A stretch of 64,000 nucleotides of DNA. Origin: Antechinus flavipes. Lineage: Eukaryota. The notes under the pieces are model-generated. The model was not told where the DNA came from. It worked only from the letters and a program-made list of their open reading frames with translations, and made no database searches. Within the stretch, counting starts at the first letter, position 1. Each line of letters begins with the position of its first letter. A program made the translations under genes and the position numbers. Location: positions 117,428,001-117,492,000 of the forward strand of contig NC_067398.1 of NCBI RefSeq assembly GCF_016432865.1, given 5' to 3'. Positions 11,652-25,104 of the stretch are shown here, in pieces.

Positions 11652-14600
11652 TCAGGAGTAAAAATGGGAAGAACCGTTGAGAATGTGAGAAGCAACACTA
11701 GTACTTCGGCTCAGAGCCCCTGGCCCTGCTACTGATCCAGGTCCCACTCCTTCACTGCCCCCACCCCCTGAGGCTGCCCTGCGCAGGGGCTGTGGGCTAT
11801 TCCTTAGCAGCAGTAGGGCCCCACCTCGGGGAGGCCCTGTCTGGGGCGGGGGCCCCAGCCAGGTCGGGGGACCTGGTGGTGCCAGAAGGGAAGGCTGGCG
11901 CCAAGCTGGGGGGGGCATGCCAGGCGGAGGGGGACCATGGCTCCAATGGGCCCCTGATCGAGGTACGGGGCGGGAGGGCCAGGCAGGGGCTGGGGGTGGG
12001 GCAGGATATCCCTGGGCAGCAGCCTCAGCCGGGATGCCTCCCAGGGCCATGCTGGAGAAACCCAGCCTCATGCTTTCTGCGTCGAAAGCCTCGATCTCCC
12101 GAGCCTGCCGTTCTAGCAGTGCCCGGATGCGCTCTGACCGACCTGTCTGCAGGGCAAGCAGCTCTTCCTCCACCTACGACATACAACATGTGCTCAGGAC
12201 TAGGGCTGAGCAACTTTCAAGTCTGCTCAGGGAGATACAGGCGCCGGTATCCCCCCCACTACCCCCAACACTCTTGGGGCCCCTGCCCGTACCCGCTGCT
12301 CCAAAAGAGCCCGCCTCAGTGCCACTCTCTGCTCCAGCTCCCGTGCTTCACGCTCATGCTGACTCTCTGTCCGTATCTTGATCTTGCTCTGATAGGCATT
12401 AAGCAGTTCCAGCTCCTGTTGCAACTGCTGTCGCAGTGCCTGAAACTCTGACTCCTGAGTCTCATCCAGGCGAAGCTAGGAGAGGGTAGGAGCTGGGGTC
12501 AGATGGCAAGGAAACACCTGACCCCCCACCCTGTGCTCAGAATCTTTTCCTTGCCCTGAGTTTCTTCCCACCTTCTCTCCATGATTACTGAGGCATTCTG
12601 CCTCTAAAATTATTCGAATTGTATCTCTCCCCCTCCCCCCCAGCTCTGTGTTGTTGCTGAGCCTTACTGCCTGGGAGCTGAGCATCTCAGAGATGGACTG
12701 GTCATACTGTTCTGCTAGGATAGCCAGCTTTCGGGTCTGTTCCTCTTTAAGCCGCTTAAGGAGGCTCTTGTGTTGGGCCTTGGGGGTGCCCTCCAGCAGG
12801 TGCCCCCGAAGGGCCTTGTACTGCCGAGTCTGGATCTTACATGTCTCCTGGAACTGCTTCTTGATCTGCAACTCCTTCGACTATGGAGTGGATGGGTTGA
12901 GTGGAGAAATGATGGGACGGGGCAAAGGAAGGGGGATAGGGAAGACAAGGAGGGAGAGGGAAAGACCAAAGCAGACAGAGAGGGGAGAGAAACAGAAAAC
13001 ATGTTAGACAGAGAGGGGAAGCTAAACACAAAGAGAAGAGTATGAATTACACAACGTAGAACAGAGCAGAGAAAATACTCCAAACGGTATCAGAAAGCAT
13101 ATGCATGGAGGTAGAGATGAATGGGAAAGCATATGATGAAAGTAGAATGTGCACAAGACAAAAAGAACATGCACACATAAGGAAATAAGTAACAGAATTA
13201 CAGAACACATGACCATGACAGATGTGGAACCAGTGAAAAAGATAAAGCTTAGACAGAACACATAAGGATCAGAGCACTATGGAGAGTCTTACAAATGGTG
13301 TCTTGAGTCACCAACTGGGAATTAGGAGAGAAGGGAATATGCTCTCCCAACATGGGGACTCGACCTAAAAGAAGGCAGCAGGGAATGGGACAAGGGATGG
13401 CAGTAGGGAATAGAGCCTTGGGCACCCGAGGGTGCAGGACCACAGGTGATTGATTGTGCAATTATTGCCCTGACAATACTTTGGTTTTCCTTTTCTGGGC
13501 CACCTGTCACTCCCTTTGATGCATTCCATTTTTCATCACCAGACCCATCTCTTTTTCAGCCCCCTATCCCCAGCCTGTCCCAGAAGATCCATTCTTTACT
13601 TTTTAACTTTGATGGCCCCCTATGGGGGGCTGGCTACCCTCCCCTTTGCCCTAGCCCTCAAGGGCCATGCCAGAATAAGGGAAGGGGAAAATGGGCAGAT
13701 TGGACAAGACTGTGGGTGGAGTGGAGAATGTGCATTGAAGGGGCAAGGCAGAATACACAAAGGCACAAGATAGGATGACGAAGGCATCTGATGAATAGGT
13801 CCAGGTGGGATGATGGGAAGAATCCCAAGCCTCAAGGGAATCCATGGCCTGGGGGCAAGGGAGCCAGTACCTCCCACATTCTGGTCCCTAGAACCAAATG
13901 CAAAACCAGGCAGGGGCAAGGAACACTGCCAGGAGAGCAAAGCAAAAAGGACAAGGATCCAGGGAGAGGGATACAATGGAGATGGGAGTGAGGGGGACAG
14001 ACAGTCATGGGGTGGGACAGGAGAGGGATGAAGTGGGCTCTGAGTTGGGCTCTGGGGGGTTACAGGGAAGGCTGAGGGGCGGCAGGACAAAGCAGACGGA
14101 GGCGGCGGCCTGAGCCAAGGGTATGGTTCCGCTCGAATGTTTTATTTATGTTTATCTTTCTTGGGGGTGGGGGGGCAATTGAGGAGCAGGGTTGGGGATG
14201 GAGGTAAGAAACAGAAAAACCAAATCAAAATCATATGAAAAAGTGACTACCCCTCCCAGCTAGCCCTGTCCCAAACCAGAGGGGACACCGCCCAGGCCCT
14301 GGAGAAGTAATGAGGGTGAGGATGAGGACACACACAATGGGAAGACACCAATAATTTAGGGGTGCTGGGGAGGGAACATAAATAAGTGTCACTTCCCAAT
14401 TTAGTGGATAGGAAGGGCAAACTATGGGAACCCCTTCCACTGAAAGGGCTTTGGTGGACAAAAGGACAGAACACACAAAGGAAGGGAAGGAATAAGGGCT
14501 GGGGAAGATCCTCCCCATGCCAGTGGGGTGGGAGATAAAGTGCACGTGCTCTCTGCTGGGGTGAATAGTGGGGAAGCAATCATCTCCAAGGTGGCAAGGC

Positions 14601-17600
14601 TCGAGGCTGCCTATTTCGGAGACGATGGCTGGAGGTAGCCCCAGGAGGAACTCGAGGAGGAGCTGGGGGCCTTGGGCAGCGCTGACCGTGCCTCAGCAGC
14701 CGAGGAATCCTACTTGGGCGTTCTCCCCGAAGCAAACCCCATCTGGCCAATGCCTGGGCAGCCCCAGGAGACAGGTGAGCAGCTAATCCCCTCCCAGCCC
14801 TAGCCAGTTGCCAGTTCCACCCTTTGTACAGGGCCCAAGCCTGGGCCAGTAAAGCCAAGGGATTTCGGGGCCGGTGTGGACGCCCGCGGCGGGGTCCCGG
14901 GACTGGCAGCCGACTTCGGAAGCTATCCTTGTTCGTCTTAGGGTAGAGGGCAAAGAGGCCCCGGTCACCTACAGCCCCACAGCCCTGTAAGGTCCGAAAG
15001 GCTGATGGGGATAGGCGTAGTAGGATGCGCAGCCAGATCCTGGACAGTTCCCGCCGAAGCTTTGGGCCCTGTTGTCTTAACCAGCTGCCTCCAACTGCCA
15101 CAGCTGCTAAGGGCAGGGCTAAACCTGGCCAAGCTAAGAGCCAAGCAGCCCCAAGGCCTAGGGGCACCCCAGCAAGGCCCCTTAACCAACTCAGCCCTAG
15201 CACTGCTCCCAGGGCCACCCCCTGGGCCAAGAGCAGGAAAAAGCTGGGGGACATGTGCAAGGCTGTGCAGAGCAATAAGTATGAGGCCCCTAGTCCCACT
15301 AATCCTACTTCCAAAGCCAACAGGGCAGCCTGCAGGCCACCTCCACCCTGGGCTGCCAAGAGTGGGAGCAGTAGTAATAGCAGTAATGGCAAGAGGCCTG
15401 GGGAGGAGCCCACAGCAAAGGAAAGCCCAGCTAGAAGGCCATGGCACAAAAGTCCTAGGAGCTGACTAGAAAGGCTCAGTCTTATGGGACCAGGTGGGGG
15501 CTCAGGAGGAATCTCGGGGGAAGAACAACCATCCCCAGGATCTCTGGGAGTCCCAATGGGGGCTTCTTCATCCTCATCCTCCTCCAGGACTGGGGGCAAA
15601 ACTGGCCCCTGGTCCCATCCTAGCTCCAACTCCTCCCCCATTATACCCCACTCTTCCTTCCCCCACAACCTCCACTCCTCAGCCTCTTCCTGGCCGACAA
15701 TCCTTCGCTCCCTGGAGCTGGGGGACAGGGTTTTGGGATCCTCAGGTTCCTCCCCATGGGGCAACCTCCACGTCTGGTCTCCCAGAATCTTCCGCTCCCC
15801 AGAGCTGGAGGACAGGGCCACTACCTCTTTGGCCTCCTCCCCCACAATGCTCCGCTCCTCTGGCCCTAGAGAGGCCCTATCCCCTTCCTCTCCCAGAATC
15901 CTCCGCTCTTGGACAGCTGTTTCCTTCTCTCCCAGTGTCCTGTGTTCCTGGGCTGCCTCCTCTCCTAGCAGGCTCCGTTCCTCCAATCTGGGGCTGCTAC
16001 TGGGCAGCTCCCAAGTCTGCTGTTGTCCCAGGGATCCAGAGCTCGGGTCCAGGGCCTGAGGGGTAAGGGATTGGGGGGTTGGGGGGCGCTCATCAGGACG
16101 TACTTTGAGGCTCTTGGGCTGCTGGCGGACTTGGGCAGCGTGCTTCTGGCGCAGCTCCTGCTCACGCCGCTTGTTGTACTCCAGCTGGTTTCCCAGCTCC
16201 GTCTGGTGCTGCAGACGGGTAAGCTCAGCTCGGGTACGCTGCACAGCCTGGAGCTGTCTCACCTCCAGTTCCCGAGTCGACTCATGCTGCCTCAGCAGCA
16301 GTGCACACTCGAGGTCCTTCTGAGTCTGCTTCTTGTTCAGGTCCTGGTGGGGTAGGGAAAGGGTGGAAGGGCATAGCAGTGGGGTCAGGGTTGGGGGATG
16401 GTTGGGGAAAGGCCTTAGAGAAAGGATAGGGATGGAGGAAGGTGACATCTCAAAAGGGAGCCACAAATTACCAAGGGCTTCTCTGGGGGGAATGGGAAAA
16501 CACCCAGCAGCAATGGGTCTATGAGGAGTGGAAGAAGAGCTTCTGTTGGGAAGCTTTTAGTGGGAAGAACAAGGAGGGAGAAGAGTAAGAGAGAGATGAA
16601 TGGGTAGGAAATGGGGAGGGAAGAATACAAGATAGAGGAATCTTAAAAAGGAAAGCCTACAAGGAGATATTGTTGAGGAAAAATAGAAACAGAAGAATGA
16701 GCAAGCTGAGAAGAAGAAAGCGGGTAATGAGTGGGAAGACTTGGGAATTCGGGGAAGAAAGAAGACAGATCACTGAAGTAAAGAGGTACAAGAGAAGCAG
16801 GAAGGAGAAAGGCAGAGAAGAGGTCAGAAAGGAGCTATAAGGAATAGGAAACAGAGAAAAGTAGAAGGGATGGGAGAAAAAAGCATCAAAAGGGACAGGA
16901 AAAGGAGTGGAAGAGATGGGAATGTGGTGCCAGGTCCAGGCTTACCTCCCGCAGCAGGTCCTGATCCAGGCTGTGGCGGGCTAAGAGCATTTTCCGCTTG
17001 TACTGGCGGCACTGCAGCTCAAAGTACTGGCGTTGGCGCCGCAGCAGCCCAGCCTCCTCCTCTGCTTGGCACTGCTGCAGCTGTTCCTTCTGGCGCAGCA
17101 GCCACTCGGCTTTCTCCCTTTTGGGGGTGCTTGGATTCTCCTGAAGCTCCTAAGCAGGGCATGGAAAGGCCCACTGGAGGTCCCTCAGGACCAGCTCCAC
17201 CAAATCTCCTCTGGATGTTCTGTCATCCATCCCACCAATTCCATTTCTCCTCTCTTGTCCTGCTTCTATCATTTACACTTGTCTTTTTCCCAATTTCTTC
17301 TCCTCCCACATGTAAAAAAGGGGTAAAAGAGTGGGAGGACATCAGGGAAGGAAGAGGATGAGGGTAAGGAAAGAGGGAGATGGAAGGAAAATAGGAAAGG
17401 GGCCAGGAAAGAAGGGGAAATGTCTAGAAGTCTCCTTTATTTCCTGCTCTCATCTTCCTTCTCTCTCTCTTGTCTTTCTTCATCCCTCTCACCTCCTTAA
17501 GTTGTTCCTTCCTCAGCTTGTAAGTACGTTTCTGCGCTTCCAAAAGAGCGGCTAGCTCCTTCTTCTGCTGGCCTAAAATGTGCTGCTGAAACTTGCGCTC

Positions 17601-20600
17601 CTCTGCCTGGGCGGCGCGGGCCTCTTTTTCCCCAATGGCCTGGTGGCGCCGGGCCAGTTTTTCTGCCTCAGCCCCAAAGCCGGCACGCTGGGCCTCCAGC
17701 TCCCGTTGCAGCCGGGCACTGTGCTCTTCCCGCTCACCCCGAAGCCTTGATTCCAGGGCCAGCAACTGCTTCTGGTGCTGCCGCCGCATTCGCTTATAGC
17801 CACTCAACTGCTCCCGTAGGGCCGAGTCCTGCTCGTGCTCCTGGATCTGACGACTCACCTGGGTTCAGAGAGCACAAGAAGAAAGGACTCAGTCAGAGAA
17901 TACCAGAACTAAAGGTTGCTGGTCTTGGCTCTTGGTCCTAACTCACCAAGGAGGCGGTTCGGATGGTGGCAAAGTGATCCCGGTTTCGACAATAGGCCCG
18001 TCGACGGGCAGAAGAGGAAGAAGCTGGAGGCTGAGGGGCCTGTAAGGGGCCTGGGGGTACCTCTGGCTGATAGGGGTCATCATATAGATTTTCAGGGCCC
18101 TAGAGAAAAGAAGGAGAATGAGGTACAGATGTTTTCATGGACCCAAGTTCTTGGGACCAAGAACCTAAGCGATGGAGGTAAAAAGACAAATAGACAGCTA
18201 GAAAAAGGCACACTTTATAGGCCCAGATTCCTGAGTTTTCAAATAAAGACCCTTCTAAGCCAGACTGCTAAGAAAAAGTAGCACTAAGACATCTCTCAAT
18301 TGACTCAGACTGACTTTCCAAGATTTGTTTATTGCTAATGCTTACATCAGGTTCCCCTAACTTAGTCCCCACCGCCTGGTCTGTTTCCCAAAGCAGAACA
18401 TGCTAAGAAGACACTGCTTACAGGGAGTCGGTGGATGATAGAGCTGTGAGAGGTGACTGTATGTTCACCTTCCTGCATCATGGCCATCTCTCCAGTCTCC
18501 GGGCCTTCCTCCTCCTCCTCCTCCTCCTCCTCTTCTTCATCTTCGTTGTCAGATGCATCTGCTAGGCTATTAACAGAACTGCTCTGACTGGAGGCGCTGA
18601 TAGACATACTGGGCACTGAGTGGCTGCTCTCCAGGCTAGTTAGTGTCCCTGCCCGGTGCAGGTAGGGCTCAGTCTCCTGGGAACACAGAGTGTGCATTTA
18701 AGGACAGTCATGGAAGGGACTGGAGTAAGAGCTAGTATATGCCAGGAAGGCCTCAGGATTAGGAGGAGGGGGATGAGGACACAGAGTGAGCTGAGGACTG
18801 CTGGGGTAGAAATTATTGAGGTGAAGCTGGGGAGCTGAGAAAGGGAACAGCAGAAACATAACTAATGCTGGGACAAAAAGCATTGTTGGAGTTACACAGG
18901 TCTAATCATAACACCTACTCAAATACCTCAAAGGCTCCCCAATGCCTAGAATAAAGGCCAGATTCTATCCTTGTATTCACAGCACCCTAAAACCTAGCTC
19001 CAGCGTACCTATGCAGATTTAGCTTCCATTACTTTGCTACCCAACATACATCCTATACTCCAGCCAAACTAGATAAATTGCTATTCCCCAAATATACCTT
19101 GTCATTTCCTTCCTCCACATTTTTACTTATTCTTTGCCATCCATTCTGCCTAAAATGTCCTCCCTCCCCCTTCCCACCCCACAAACCCAAGTTCTGACTC
19201 TTGACATCCTCCTACACTTTTAAGGTGCTGCTCAAATGTCATCCTTCCCATAGTCTTCCCTATTCCCCTAATATATACAAAAATTACTTCCTGAATCTCC
19301 ATGGTCTTCTGTATGAACTTATAGATATATGTCTTACATAACACCTTTCACAATCTGGCCTGTACTATAGTTATTTGTACATATTTCTTACCTCTTATCT
19401 CCCCTATCACAGTACAAGTTCCACAAAGGCAGGGACTATGTCTCAGTCATCTTTGTATTCCCACAGTGCCAACCCGAGTACAATATGCACAGGGTTCAAG
19501 TTCTGGTTTAGCCACTTAGTAGCTGTAAAGCCATGGGCAAATCACTCTCTGAGTTTGTTTCCTCATTTGCAAAATGGGAATACTGCTACTTGTACTGTCT
19601 ACCTCAATCATTGTGAAGAAAGCAATGTGTAAACTGTGAAGAACCTTAAAAATGTGAATGGTTATTACTGTACATACTAGCGGCAACAAATATTCACTGA
19701 GTGAATGGATGAGTGAGTAAATGTGAAACTTGGCCAGGAAAAGAATTGCTCACCTCCTCCTCCTCGGGAACTTCAGCGCTGGGGCCATTCTGTGCCTCCT
19801 GAAATAAGATCTTCTTCATTTTTCGATACTGTAGGTTATCTAGCTCCCGAACTGCATCCTTGGTCCTCTGAATCAAATCCATAATCACTGTGGGGGGTCG
19901 TTCCCGGAGTACAAAGCGGTGCTAAGAAAGAAAGGACACCTGGATATTAACCCTGCCCCTCTTGTCCTTTCCCTTTGTGGAATGTGGGCATTCTAAAGAT
20001 CAGATCTGAACTCTTTTCCCTATCAATGAAAGTCTAGCACTTCCCTTTGACAGGACACACCCTAATTTAGGCTCCCTTCCCAAGAGGGCCATGTTATCCT
20101 CCCTAAGGTCATCAAGCTTTCTAGCCTCTAGCCTCCAGCTCTCTGACTCTTGCTTTCACAAAGAAAACTCCCCTCCCTCTCCCAAAAAAAACCCTTCACC
20201 TTGAGTAGCACGTCGGAAGTTGGTCTGTCTTGAGGAATTTTTTGGAGACAAGAGTCAACAAAGTTTCGGAAGTACTCAGACCTGGAAGAAAGAACCAGCA
20301 AAACAGTGGAAACATCTGCTTTGACATGGTGCCTCTATTTTCCCAAACCTGGACCATCTTGTGAAGAGCCCGTTTTCTCACCAATGTCCAGACTGCAGCA
20401 CAGGGGACTCATTCTGTGCAATGTGGTATAAGGCACTCATCGCATTCATGTTAAACAGTGGTGGCTTCCGTTCCGCTGGGGAGAGGAAGGAGAAGGGATA
20501 CAGAGACCAGGACAAAGCAGAAAAGATAGGAGACAAGTCTGTAGGCAGACAAAGGAGCAGAAAGATGGGAAGAGAAGGGGGGAAGCTGAGGTCCCATTAC

Positions 20601-22518
20601 CTAATTCGATGCAAGTGATTCCCAAAGACCACACGTCTACCTTGCCATCATATTGCCCTTCATCCATGGCCAAGATCACCTCAGGAGCCATCCTGAAAAA
20701 AAAGGGTGAGCAAGAAAAGGAGCTGAATTGCACCAAGTCTCTGCTGCATAACCCTGAAACCTTGCTTTCTAACCCCTCCCCAACTCCTCTTACTTTAAAT
20801 CCTCCCCTACCTGTCTCCATATCCCAACCTTCACTGCCTCTCACCAGTACGGAGTGCCCACAAAGGAGTTGGCAGGTGCCATGATGGAGGCTGAGCCAAA
20901 GTCCCCTAGCTTGACCAAGCCTGGTTCTGACAATAGGATGTTCCCCGCCTTCACATCCCTGACGGGTAAAGAATATCAATCTGGGTTAATGGGATGTCTG
21001 GGCTGGGAGGGGATGATAAAAAAGATTTAATGAATGGGCTCAGGAATGGTACCTACCTGTGGATCATGTTGTGAGAGTGTAAATAGGCCAGGCCCTGTAG
21101 TGCACCATGGGTTACAGCTGCAATCTCTACCTCCTGAAGGGGCTTCTTATGAACTAATGATAATGATGAAACAACTCACATTATGTAGTATTTTAAGATT
21201 TGCAAAGAGCTAGGAAAGAAAGGGTTCCCCTTGCCTCTCTGGGCATTACCACCATTCCAACTTCCTTCCCTTTTTGTTAGCCTTCCAACTTCTCTCAGAG
21301 TTCCCTCATTAGCCTGGGGATGGGGTGGGGGTGTCACTCACCCTCTAGAAGGTCAGAGGCAGAACCCAGGCAATACTCCATCACCAGCTAAGGAAAAAGC
21401 CAAGAGTTAGAGGTAAGTAAGTCCACTAGCCTCTTTGACTCAACTCCTAACTATAGCCCAGCAGTTCCAAAAGAAAGCATTATGCTCACCAGCACCCCCT
21501 CATTAAATGCTAATTCTTTTGAGGACCAACAAGTCTCTTCCTCCATAAAAAGTTTTACCTGTCTTCATTCTCTTCCTGATCTATTACATTCTAAGGCTTT
21601 ATCATTAATCTTGATACTTAATATTCCATTCTAAGTTTTTCATTTTGTCTCCCCAACTAGTTAGTCTCTGAATTCCTTAGGACTAGAAACCATGAATATC
21701 TTCTTGCCTTATTGTCATTACTATACTTCCACTCCCCATCCCAACACTAAGCCAGATGTTCATAAATTTAATTTGGTAAAAATGGGACTAGGTCAAGTCT
21801 GGAGTTAGGGGGGAGGGAAGAGTGAGTTTAAGAGTCCCTACTTACCCAAGCAGTATGTTCCCTCAGGTAACAGCCTCGGTATTGGATAGTATTTGGATGC
21901 CGAAGCTTCTGCAGAAATCGCACCTCCTTGATGATATCTTGCCATTTCTACAAGAATAATCAAGATAGAGGATAAACTTGGGCAAGCAGATGGGGTTATC
22001 TATAGGCATATGACCCCAGAGCCCTGGTTGCTGTTTCTATCCTTAACCCTACCCCTCCAGACTCTACATACCTCATTAGACTGCTTCCCACTATAGGACA
22101 TCTTCTTGATGGCAACAACCTCACTGCTCCGGACATCACGAGCCTAGAGGGCCGTAGGGTTGTAAGGGGAGGGTTCTGCAATAGGGCCAGGACCCCAGAA
22201 GAAAACTAGGAAGGAGGCGAAACAGTGGGAGGATGGGCTAAATTAGCTGAGGGGCAGCAGGATGACATCCTGGGAAAGAATTTCAGCATAAGCCTGAGAG
22301 AGATCAGGAGCCTAAGGAAGTGGGAAGGGAAAAGAGGGAACAGCATAGCACAACATGACAAGGTGGGTTGGGAAAAGCCCACTCACAAAGTAGACAGCTC
22401 CAAAACTGCCATGGCCAATCTCCCGGAGATCAGAAAATAGTTTTTCAGGGTCATCCTTGAAGAAGAGTTCAGCCACATCTGGATCCTTCAGGCTCCCAGC
22501 CCGGCCCCCTGCCGGCAT
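11652..22518 (-). CDS. TAOK2: TAO kinase 2, beta isoform (about 1044 aa)
   Basis: Exons (minus): 22387-22518, 22072-22143, 21846-21947, 21342-21387, 21057-21153, 20845-20958, 20601-20692, 20382-20475, 20200-20281, 19754-19921, 18422-18676, 17947-18099, 17493-17858, 16946-17149, 16104-16343, 12668-12880, 12293-12475, 11652-12173. Ste20 kinase motifs GHGSFG, VAIKK, HRDVKAGN, DFG, GTPYWMAPE, followed by coiled coil; ends [18 protein letters not shown] on the minus strand at 10649-10654. Confidence 0.96.
14580..16343 (-). CDS. TAOK2: TAOK2 alpha-isoform composite terminal exon (read-through of the internal donor at 16104; full alpha about 1246 aa)
   Basis: Open from [10 protein letters not shown] through KSLK|VRPD to ...RALPPWR*TGA at 14580. 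It contains the hydrophobic membrane region ([42 protein letters not shown]) and a basic amphipathic tail. It has its own AATAAA on the minus strand at 14141-14146. Confidence 0.94.
   Translation of the reverse strand, partial: DLNKKQTQKDLECALLLRQHESTRELEVRQLQAVQRTRAELTRLQHQTELGNQLEYNKRREQELRQKHAAQVRQQPKSLKVRPDERPPTPQSLTPQALDPSSGSLGQQQTWELPSSSPRLEERSLLGEEAAQEHRTLGEKETAVQERRILGEEGDRASLGPEERSIVGEEAKEVVALSSSSGERKILGDQTWRLPHGEEPEDPKTLSPSSRERRIVGQEEAEEWRLWGKEEWGIMGEELELGWDQGPVLPPVLEEDEDEEAPIGTPRDPGDGCSSPEIPPEPPPGPIRLSLSSQLLGLLCHGLLAGLSFAVGSSPGLLPLLLLLLLPLLAAQGGGGLQAALLALEVGLVGLGASYLLLCTALHMSPSFFLLLAQGVALGAVLGLSWLRGLAGVPLGLGAAWLLAWPGLALPLAAVAVGGSWLRQQGPKLRRELSRIWLRILLRLSPSAFRTLQGCGAVGDRGLFALYPKTNKDSFRSRLPVPGPRRGRPHRPRNPLALLAQAWALYKGWNWQLARAGRGLAAHLSPGAAQALARWGLLRGERPSRIPRLLRHGQRCPRPPAPPRVPPGATSSHRLRNRQPRALPPWR
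18900..19725 (+). mobile_element. Old L2 3' fragment interrupted by a MIR-like SINE
   Basis: L2-like GGCAGGGACTATGTC...GTATTCCCACAGTGCC and a GAATGGATGAGTGAG tail; MIR core GTTTCCTCATTTGCAAAATGGGAAT near 19555-19580. Boundaries are approximate. Confidence 0.5.
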
Positions 22519-25104
22519 GTCGGCCCCGTGGGGGACGGGGATTGGGGCCCAGCCTAGGGTTTAGAAATAATCTTGGAAATAGGTATTTCTATTGCTAAGG
22601 GGATATTTAGGATGGGGGTAAGAAGTTGGGTGGAGAGGGTGGGTGGGGAAATCCTTAGAATTGGTACAAGACCCCAGGTTTCCATCTCCTCCCCCATTCC
22701 TTTGTTGAGGGCAAGGCACTGTTGAGGACCAGCAGGGGCAGAGTGGAAACTACATTTAAACACCAAAAAAGAAGTTGTCATGGCAACGGAAGAAGGGGGT
22801 GAGGAAAGATGGTCCCAGAGTTCATAAAACTGCTGGGAATGTTCCTAAAATCCTAGAGTCTTAAAAATCACCACCCCAACCCACCTCTTTGCACACTGAC
22901 TTCCTAAGATCTCTTGGCCCTCTAAAGATCTAGAAATTCTATTTTCCAATCCTCAATCTCAAATTCTAAGTCTCCTTTTCCCTCCAATCTTGAGCTCTTC
23001 CCTTCTTTCCCAAAAGCTGCCCAGCTATCCTACTGCTTCTGTTCTCTGTACCACTCCCTCTACCTCCCCCACCCCCCATCTCTTCTACCCTGAAGGAGAA
23101 CAGGAAGTGGCTAGGCCGGACACTGTGGAAATCCGGCCATTGTCAAACCCGTATTCACTGGGGATTAGGGGTGGGAGAGAAGAGAAAGGGTTCTAGAAAC
23201 AAGCGTGTAATGGTAAAATCACAGAAATAAACCCATCTTGTCTGGCTTTCAAGGTTCTCCATAATCTGAACCTACATCTCTTACCCAGTGCATCTTTATC
23301 TCCCACTATTTCTCAAGAAGCACTTTTCACTCCAGTCTAGCCAGTTTCTTCACTGTCCCCACTCTGGGCCCAGCTCCAGTTCCATCTCCTTAATAAAGGC
23401 CTTTCCTGGACACCCCCAACCATCAATCACCTATCTTTTTTAAGGTCTTGGAACATTTATAATCTATATCACATAATCTGAAACTTAATTATATTCTCCT
23501 ATTGTTCTCTCTTGTTTCATGTCAGTTCCCTACTTCCCACAAGCAGATTGTAAACTCCTTGGGGCATGAAGCTATCCTATCTTCACTGAAAATACAGGTT
23601 TTGTTCAAAGACTTTCTGCCTGATTTATCTTCATCTATAGGTAGTATAAATTTTAGCCCGTCCATTTCTCTTGGCATTCACACAAGGGACATTGTCCACC
23701 TATCATCCCACAAGTAGAGAAGTTCAACTTGCAATACTGAGTTTGATGTTTTCTCAGGACTTAAAGGTATGAAACAAAGACCTAGAGAAAAAATACCTTC
23801 TCCTTGTTCATCCAAGCTTCTCTCCCCTAGACTGAAAGGGACGTCACCAAAACTATATGGGCCATTAGAAGTGAAAATTAAATTTCTCCCCACCTCAAAC
23901 TCCCAAATTACCCTGAACACAGTGACCCACAGCCTGAGGACTCCAACAAAACTACAACTAGGCCTGGCAATTAGCCAAATGAAAATTAGATTCCTCCCAG
24001 GTATCTCAGAGTCCAGTTCCTAGTAGAGTGCCTGGCACATATAAATACTTACTGATTGGTTGATACAATGTAAGGTCCTTGAAGGCAAGAATTATTTTGA
24101 TTTTCTATCCATAGAGTGCCTGGCACATAATTGGTAGGACCTTAATGAATGGATTGAATTGTTAAGGTATCCAAGTTAAGGCCCTGTAAATGTGGAGGCC
24201 AAATGTAGGAGGAAAAAAAGTATAAGGCAGCTGGGGTCTCCAAATTGCCCATCAAGATACTGACAACCTCTCTATCAACTGAGGTAAGGGGGATGGAATG
24301 GAAAATACCAGAGGCGAAATTTTCATCTCATTCTTAATGTACATCTGGCCTCCTACCTCCTGGTCCCCATTCTAAACCTTATGATGTCAAACAAAAAGAG
24401 ACAGAAGGAGTTAAGAATTGAAACACTATGAATGGAAAGTACTCTTCCTCCATGTATATCTCCCTCTTTTTAACATAAAGAGACAAATCCTCTAAATACT
24501 TCTTGCTTACAGGGCAATATGGATGCAGGTGACCCACACAATCATCAAACATTCACCAAACAAATCAGAAATCTGTCTCCTACCTCAAGAAGGGATTTAA
24601 TCATCGATCAAAGGAATAACACAAAAAGGTTCAATCCAGGGAAGATGCCCCTTCCTAAAGACACTTCACTTATACCATCAGAATGCTGTCACCTGAGCCC
24701 CCCACTGAGGTGAAATGGTCCCTGCAGTCCCCAGGCAGAGTTGTCACAAGCTACCAGCACCCTGAATGCCAGACCAAAGGCTGAGCATTCCGGGATTTCG
24801 CCGTCTGGACAAGGGATGGGAACAGGAGAGGGGACCAACCTGCCTCTCCGCAGGAGGGCGCTCCCTCTCTATGACTACTAGTAACTCTTTACGTTTCGAT
24901 TTAAGGTTTGCAAAGTATACAATGCGCTTTCTTCAAAATAAGGGGGAGGTAGTACAGTTTACAGAGAAGGAAAACGAGGCCCTAGGAGAACGAGTAACCT
25001 TCCTACAATCACATACAGTCAGTTAAGGTGCAATCGGGGGCTCAGCCCAGGCCCCCTACAAGTGCAGCACGCTGTCCCTCAAACAAGGCGGGGTGGGGTC
25101 TTAC

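Noticed and set aside
15609-16103. Possible in-frame exitron within the TAOK2-alpha exon (495 nt)
   Set aside because: The candidate acceptor lacks a polypyrimidine tract.
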